64,000 nt of DNA, taken from Malacoraja senta (taxonomy: Eukaryota). The stretch is taken from positions 9,364,001-9,428,000 of the forward strand of contig CM075989.1 of assembly GCA_038087875.1 (NCBI GenBank), written 5' to 3'. The notes under the pieces were generated by a model. The model had not been told where the DNA came from and did not search any database. It worked only from the letters and a program-made list of their open reading frames with translations. The position numbers and the translations under genes are program-made. Below, piece by piece: positions 59,231 to 64,000 of the stretch (its first letter is position 1; each line of letters starts with the position of its first letter).

Positions 59231-61344
59231 CCGGGTTGTTGAGGTTAGAATAAAATTCACTGTAGCAGCTAAAACTGAATCCAATTTATCTATCTTCTAA
59301 GTGCAAAAGAAGCACAGAAAATGCAGATTCTGGTTAGGTGGTAGTGTTTCTCTTCTATTAATGTTAACTGAAACAAGTTTTCAATGTACCTATTATGCAA
59401 ACGAGTTATAAAAATAGCTCATTTTTATTCAATCAGCTAACACTTGGTGTCATTTAAATGATCTGACCCACTGAGTTATTGCAGCACTTTGTGTTTGCCG
59501 GAGATTCCAACATCTGCAGTACCTTGTGTCTCTCTCATTTATCTTGTTCTGGGTTCCCATGACTTCCCCCAAAGATTTGTTTTAATTTTTATCAAGTGTC
59601 CTCCCTTCCTGATGTGGGTGGCTTATTCCAGGCCAAACTGTATGATTGCAGGAAGCTCAAGAAGCCATCTTCAGGTGTTGGTGTGTTCACAGCTAATCCA
59701 GCACTTGCCTCTTATATTATTAATGTACACTCTCCAGCGGGTATCACTCTATTGTGATTGGGAGTAGGAATTCACAGCGAGAGAAATGAGAGTGCAGTTG
59801 GGAAAGGAATATGTCAAAGGAGCTGATAGTTGTCAGAGGACTAATAAGTGCTGAGGAATGGAGAACATGGGTCCACTGATTCCCGAGGAGAGCCTGCACA
59901 TAGACAAGCTATCTGAGATACTTTCCTTTATTAGCTGAAATGTAGAAGACTAATACATAACTACCATGCTTTAATTGGATAAAACGTCAGTTGGATAAAC
60001 CTCTGGTCACCACATTGGAGAACATTTTCCAGAAAGGGCATAGGGATTGTGGATATCGTCAGAGCTTATGAAGTATATTTAATAAGCTGGCATTGTTTTA
60101 TTTGGAATAAAGGATGGGGGGGGGGGGGTTCAAGGAAGCTGAATGGCATAGGCAGACTGTATAGACAAACTTGTTTTCCCTTTATCACTTTGCTTTGGTA
60201 AGAGGGGGGGAGAGCAGAGGGGGGATGAGAAGAACAGGAGATGCACATTCTAAATATTAATATTAGTAACTATAAACTGAATATAATAAAAGATTGGGGG
60301 AAGTTAGGAAGGATATTTTCACACAGAGCGTTCTCTGCAACTTGCTGTCCAAAAGCCTGGTAAAGGCAGAAAGCTTTGTCACACTTCAGAAGTACTTGGA
60401 TAAGAACTGGATTGCCAATAGCCTGCAATGATACCAGCTGCTAAACTTGCTCTGAACATATAACAAGCATGGACATAATGGGCCAAATGTCTTTCCCTTC
60501 CATAGATTTATAATAGGAATTGCATTTATTCTTAAGATTTTAAAATTAACAATAGACACGTGTTTAACATCTACATTGATTTTACTTATCCAATGGTAAT
60601 TGTTTGAGATACCTCCATATATATGATGTACTTGGAAACTGTTTGGCTTTGTGTTTCTGAACCTGGATGCAAGTACAAATGTGGACATGCAGCAGCTGAG
60701 TTAACTCCAGAGAGATAAACTGATATATTAGAGTGTTTTCAGATTATCGTATATCAATATTGATAATTAACAATTTAAAAACATCTTGCCTTCAGAAAAA
60801 CAGTGTACTCTCAGCTTTCCAGCATCCACAGGAATGAGGATTGCTAACTGCGTGAATTTGCTGGTTGTATGAGAACTTCTCAATTACTGTACGTCATACT
60901 AGTATTCTGTACATAAACCTTTATTGAAATTGCCTAATGATATGACATCACCTTACCCTTTTCAGTAACAATCTTTTATACTATTTTATATTTTGAGACT
61001 AAATAATATTAATGTAAAACGGAGCAAATATAAATGAATAACTCCATCCACCATCACATGATGCAACGTCTTCAGGGGATGTTGTTGCTGATCCATCTAC
61101 AACTGCACTGCCCTTATGAATAAATGTAAATAAACTAAACATACCTCTTATGCTGCTAACTTTGCACCATATTTGAAATAGGATTCTAATCTGAAATAGT
61201 GGATAGATGAGAGAAAGGCAGTGAAAATTTATGAAAACTTGAACAAACTGCCCATGTGTAAACATTTGCGGGGCCAAGGCCAAGCTACGGTGCTGGAGGC
61301 TGAACAAAGTTGCATCGCAGTGAACAAGGCAACATTCATATTTA

Positions 61345-62001
61345 GGGCGGCACAGTGGTGCAGCAGTAAAGCTGCTGTCTTAAGGGCCTGTCCCACGAGC
61401 ATGCGACTGCATGCGGCAAAAGCGACCTAACGTGGTCGCTTGAGCCGTACAGCCTCACGGGGCCGGTCCCACTTCGATCGCCGGTGCCTTATGGAGTTGT
61501 GCGGAGCTGGTCCCAACATCGCGCGGGGCTCCGAAAAACTGACAGTGTTCAAAAATTCCGCGCGGCAACAGCCTGCCGGCCCGCAGCCGCCTCAACGCCG
61601 TACGCCTCGACGCCGTACGCAGCGTCTTGACGCCGTACGTCACGCGCGAACTTCCCGCGGACTTCGCTCGAACTTCACGTCACTCACTCGACCTCCGCAC
61701 GACCCCCGCTTCCGGTTTGGTCGCGCTTGCCGCATGCAGTCGCATGCTCGTGGGACAGGCCCTTTACAGTGCCAGAGGCCCGGGTTCAATCCGGACTACG
61801 GGTGCTGTCCGTACGGAGTTTGTACGTTCTCCTGTGACCGCATGGGTTTACTTCGGTTTCCTCCCACATTCCAAAGAAGTGCAGGTTTGTAGATCAATTG
61901 GCTTCTGTAAATTGTTCCTCGTGTGTATGGATGATTGCTGGTTGGCAAGGGCTCTGGGCCGAAGGGCCTGTTTCCCCGCTGTTTCTCTACACTAAACTAA
62001 A
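61345..62001 (+). mobile_element. V-SINE interrupted by a Harbinger MITE
   Basis: Head GGGCGGCACAGTGGTGCAGC...GTC-TTA, resuming TTA-CAGTGCCAGAGGCCCGGGTTCAATCC; tail GGGCCGAAGGGCCTGTTT...(CTAAA)n. Confidence 0.85.
61383..61763. mobile_element. PIF/Harbinger-type MITE (subfamily C)
   Basis: TIR AGGGCCTGTCCCACGAGCATGCGACTGCATGCGGCAA and its reverse complement; TTA TSD at 61380-61382 and 61764-61766, whose removal restores the host SINE. Confidence 0.92.
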
Positions 62002-62498
62002 CATTGAAAAAACATTTTATGAAATCGCAAAATCTTTACATTTTGGCTAGTTGCATTAGAATTCTGTACGTATAAATAATGGACAAATGGAAAATTACCT
62101 AATGTGACCTTTACATGTCTTTTGTTGCATTTTACAAAATAGACAATATTTAAGATATCAAGCTGGTTTATATCGGCAGGTCAGGCAACATCCCTGGAAA
62201 ACTTGTATTGGGTCGAGACTCATCGACAGAATAAGGGCCCGACTCAGTTATGCTGCCTGACTAACTGAGTTATTCCAGCACTTTGTCCTTTTTTGAAAAC
62301 CAGCATCTGCAGTTCCTTGTTTCTACTAGGCAATATTAAAGTTGTTTTTTATTCATTCATTATTATAACCTGCATAAAATGTTTATTTCACTGGGCTTCA
62401 TGAAATTGAAAGCTAGCTTTTGTTAATAGAAGTGTGACGAGTGATAGTACTGGTGATCTGGATTAGTTGATCATGAATGCATACATTTATTTTTACAG

Positions 62499-62659
62499 CT
62501 GGGCAAAATGCGATTGACGATCCCATGTCGTGCTATAACCTGCTCGCATCTCCAGTGCTTTGATGCAACTCTTTACATTCAGATGAACGAGAAAAAACCT
62601 ACGTGGGTTTGTCCAGTGTGTGATAAAAAGGGCCCTTATGAACATCTAATTATTGATGG
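62499..62659 (+). CDS. PIAS1: PIAS1 coding exon 9 (SP-RING/MIZ zinc finger), 161 bp
   Basis: tacAG|CTG GGC AAA ATG... = [53 protein letters not shown](G); donor GTGAGC at 62660. Confidence 0.97.
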
Positions 62660-64000
62660 GTGAGCAAATGATCCTACGTTCAAATAAAAATTCATGTTTT
62701 GCTTAACCACTTTCTTGGATTTAGATGAACTTGATCCCTTGAGTGATTTTTGAGCAGCATTTATACTAAATACACCATTATGTGAATGTATTTACCATTT
62801 AAATTGAGTGCCTTGGTATGGAGAAAGTTTAGAGACTATAACCTCGTTAGGTGGTACATTTAGCAACTTCTCTACATTTTCAAATATTGTAGATTGCACC
62901 TTGATTAAACAGACTCTTGGTATATTTTCTAACCTTGATCAAGAAAGGTCAAAATATTATTTACAAGAGAAAGCCTGTTTCCTTTGTAGGTTTGAGTGAC
63001 AGCAAAAAAAATATTTCATGTGGCAAAGTTAGCATTGAGGATGAATACTAAGGCTGCTTACTAGCCCAGTGGTAAATGTACTGCATGAGTGAGGTGAAGA
63101 AATGAGACCAGAATCTGTGATTGTTCTTCTGTTTTTAGTTGATCTTGACCAGTTGTGAAATGGCATACCTTCTGCTCCTATGTGAGGAAGAGAGAAGAAT
63201 AATTTAGGATCCCCATGCCAATAAGTCCTCTTGGAAAGCAGCTTTTCTGACATTGAAATAGTCATATTTGGCTGCAATGCAACCCACGCTTCCTGTGTGT
63301 CTGCCACATAGTCTTGAACAATGACAAGAGTTGCATCTTCTTTCAGGGGAGACAAATTAGAAACTGATTGAAAATTGTGCTGGTGGAGATTTTTTTTTAT
63401 ATTTTGAGGTGGAATCTTAAGCAGTTCATCAGATTGAGTGGTGTCCGTCTGTTTATCCATCCCAGGTCCATTTACTTTAAATGTTCTGTTTTTGTATGAG
63501 CTCTATTTGGGCCTTCTGCACTCTTCCTTACCTTCAACACTATCTCAAGCTTTTTTTATGTTGCTTCAAGCACAATTGACTCATATTTAAAATCCTGGTG
63601 ACATCTGGTGTTAGACAAATTATTTTTGCAAAATATTTTTCCATTGCCCTTTCTCTACGCCTGCGGTGGTGGGTCTGATGTTTTGATTAAATCAATTTTC
63701 TAACGGTCCCACTATAGATTTTGTTTATTCAGAGGCATGCTTGGGATGTAGTTATTGGCTGCATCTTGATGTGTGACTTTGGTGAAAGTTACAATTGGCA
63801 TATGCTTGAAGCTCTTTGTGCCTATTTAGTTATCATCCTTTTAAATATAAAGTGTGGTCAGAATGAGCTTTGAAGAGGCAAGATAATTGGGGCGAGGGTA
63901 AAGATTGTGTGGGGTACAGGTTGAAAAGATTCAAAAATAAAATCATTTGTCAGTATTTGATAGATTAGAAAGACCTGATGTTTGCTATACCTGATATTTT

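Noticed and set aside
61590..61645. Short CGCCGTACG repeats, and other repeat clusters, as a CRISPR-like array
   Set aside because: Internal MITE microrepeats with no unique spacers of regular length and no cas genes; the context is eukaryotic.

Overview
Vertebrate genomic DNA, most likely from a cartilaginous fish (skate/ray/shark; inferred from HE1/V-SINE-type SINEs and the CR1/L2/Rex1/Penelope repeat mix). The only host gene I can support is PIAS1 (SUMO E3 ligase) on the + strand. Eight internal coding exons (equivalent to exons 2-9; SAP, PINIT and SP-RING domains) lie between 14788 and 62659, all with GT-AG boundaries and consistent phases. Exon 1 and the 3' exons appear to be outside the window. 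The introns are dense with transposons: an apparently full-length CR1 LINE (~1384-6047); many Penelope-like (PLE, RT + GIY-YIG) fragments, including an inverted two-armed insertion and short foldback copies, most carrying a minimal hammerhead-ribozyme-like motif; a head-to-tail array of three non-autonomous Helitron-like elements (48638-53040); three Harbinger-type MITEs; V-SINEs; and L1, L2 and Rex1/Babar relics. Most other ORFs in the track are antisense or low-complexity artefacts. I found no clearly new protein-coding system. The best leads are RNA-level: hammerhead-like motifs, foldback elements and their capture by a Helitron, and inverted repeats bracketing PIAS1 exons. All calls were made by eye without database searches, and repeat boundaries without TSDs are approximate.
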